Positions 63,451-64,000 of a DNA stretch of 64,000 bases are shown here, piece after piece. The position numbers and the translations under genes are program-made. The notes beneath the pieces were generated by a model, which did not search any database, had not been told where the DNA came from, and saw only the letters and a program-made list of their open reading frames with translations. Every line of letters begins with the position of its first letter. Position 1 is the stretch's first letter. This DNA comes from a virus: positions 1 to 64,000 of the IMG/VR virus record IMGVR_UViG_3300009159_000053; one strand, written 5' to 3'.

Positions 63451-64000
63451 TTAGCCTTTATATCTTACAACAATGATACCTGAACCACCAGCAGATTGAT
63501 CACTACCTCCACCACCGCCAGTATTTGATTTTCCATTGGCTACAGATCCACCTCCACCAGCGCCACCAGTTCCATATGTGGCGTTACTTGGAGCGCCACC
63601 GCCACCTCCTGCAAAATAAGTGTTTCCTGAAACAGTTTCTCCAGCACCAATAGAGCCTATAGAATTTATAAGACCACTTGTTCTACCAATGCCACCATTG
63701 GCATCTGTTGCTGCTGCTCCAGCGCCTCCACCACCGCCAGCCCTTTGACTTAAATTGTAGGTATAACCATTATTTCCTTGACCAACGGTTCCAGTACCAG
63801 CGGTTCCTGTTTGTCCACCACCTCCACCAGAGCCACCATTCTTACCATTACCCCCGCTAACACCGCCACCGCCACCGCCACCGCCAATAGTTTCTGTTAA
63901 AGATCCAAATTGTGAGTTACTGCCATTATTTCCAGGGATATTAGTTACAACTCCAGTTGCTCCTGCACCAACAGTGCAAGTATAACTGTTACCACTTGAT
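63451..64000 (-). CDS. glycine-rich tail fibre-like protein (5' end outside window)
   Basis: Open frame with GGGG repeats ending GGSGIIVVRYKG*. Confidence 0.75.
   Translation of the reverse strand, partial: SSGNSYTCTVGAGATGVVTNIPGNNGSNSQFGSLTETIGGGGGGGGVSGGNGKNGGSGGGGGQTGTAGTGTVGQGNNGYTYNLSQRAGGGGGAGAAATDANGGIGRTSGLINSIGSIGAGETVSGNTYFAGGGGGAPSNATYGTGGAGGGGSVANGKSNTGGGGGSDQSAGGSGIIVVRYKG

Noticed and set aside
3840-63860. Many short opposite-strand or alternate-frame ORFs in the track (e.g. 3840..4094, 15080..15496, 31766..32092, 54071..54427)
   Set aside because: They are shadows of longer genes with recognisable motifs and have no independent support.
59308-64000. CCACC/GGTGG repeats as a DNA repeat array or DGR template/variable repeats
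   Set aside because: They are explained by poly-Gly codons. I saw no reverse transcriptase and no adenine-specific repeat pair.
1-64000. Alternative genetic code, introns or inteins
   Set aside because: TAA, TAG and TGA all end intact genes. nrdJ, polA, recA and the helicases are of normal length and uninterrupted.

Overview
The window is 64 kb of a large, low-GC, tailed dsDNA phage genome with a contractile tail (sheath, tube, T4-like baseplate). The host is most likely an actinobacterium, possibly a low-GC freshwater type (inferred from two WhiB genes, an actinobacterial LexA box, leaderless genes and an MSMEG_6728-like glycosylase). Layout: (1) 1-1681, small minus-strand genes, an HNH nuclease and tRNA-Gly(GCC). 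(2) About 1690-2950, a repeat-rich non-coding junction. (3) 2951-13890, a plus-strand early-type block with a MoxR AAA+/VWA pair, HNH, WhiB, UV glycosylase, HTH, tyrosine recombinase and lysozyme-like protein. (4) 13917-64000, a long minus-strand block with class II RNR, a TGT-like/HAD/nucleotidyltransferase trio, many small proteins, SpoVS, recombination and replication genes, baseplate/tail genes, basic mini-proteins and Gly-rich fibres. The most unusual signals concern the ~12 kb plus-strand block. By manual reading it lacks several palindromic 4-mers (GTAC, TGCA, ACGT) that are common elsewhere. It is bracketed by shared DNA motifs (AACTAACTT-N15/16-AAGTTAGT sites, CAAAGCARTAGC/AGCA repeats), has a perfect LexA box upstream, and contains three multi-stem intergenic RNAs, one with a loop antisense to the start regions of four genes in the block. 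Other signals are MraZ-like boxes before nrdJ, iterons inside the initiator gene, a likely +1 frameshift in the tail chaperone and an ATT-initiated gene. All functional calls come from motif recognition; no database searches were run.
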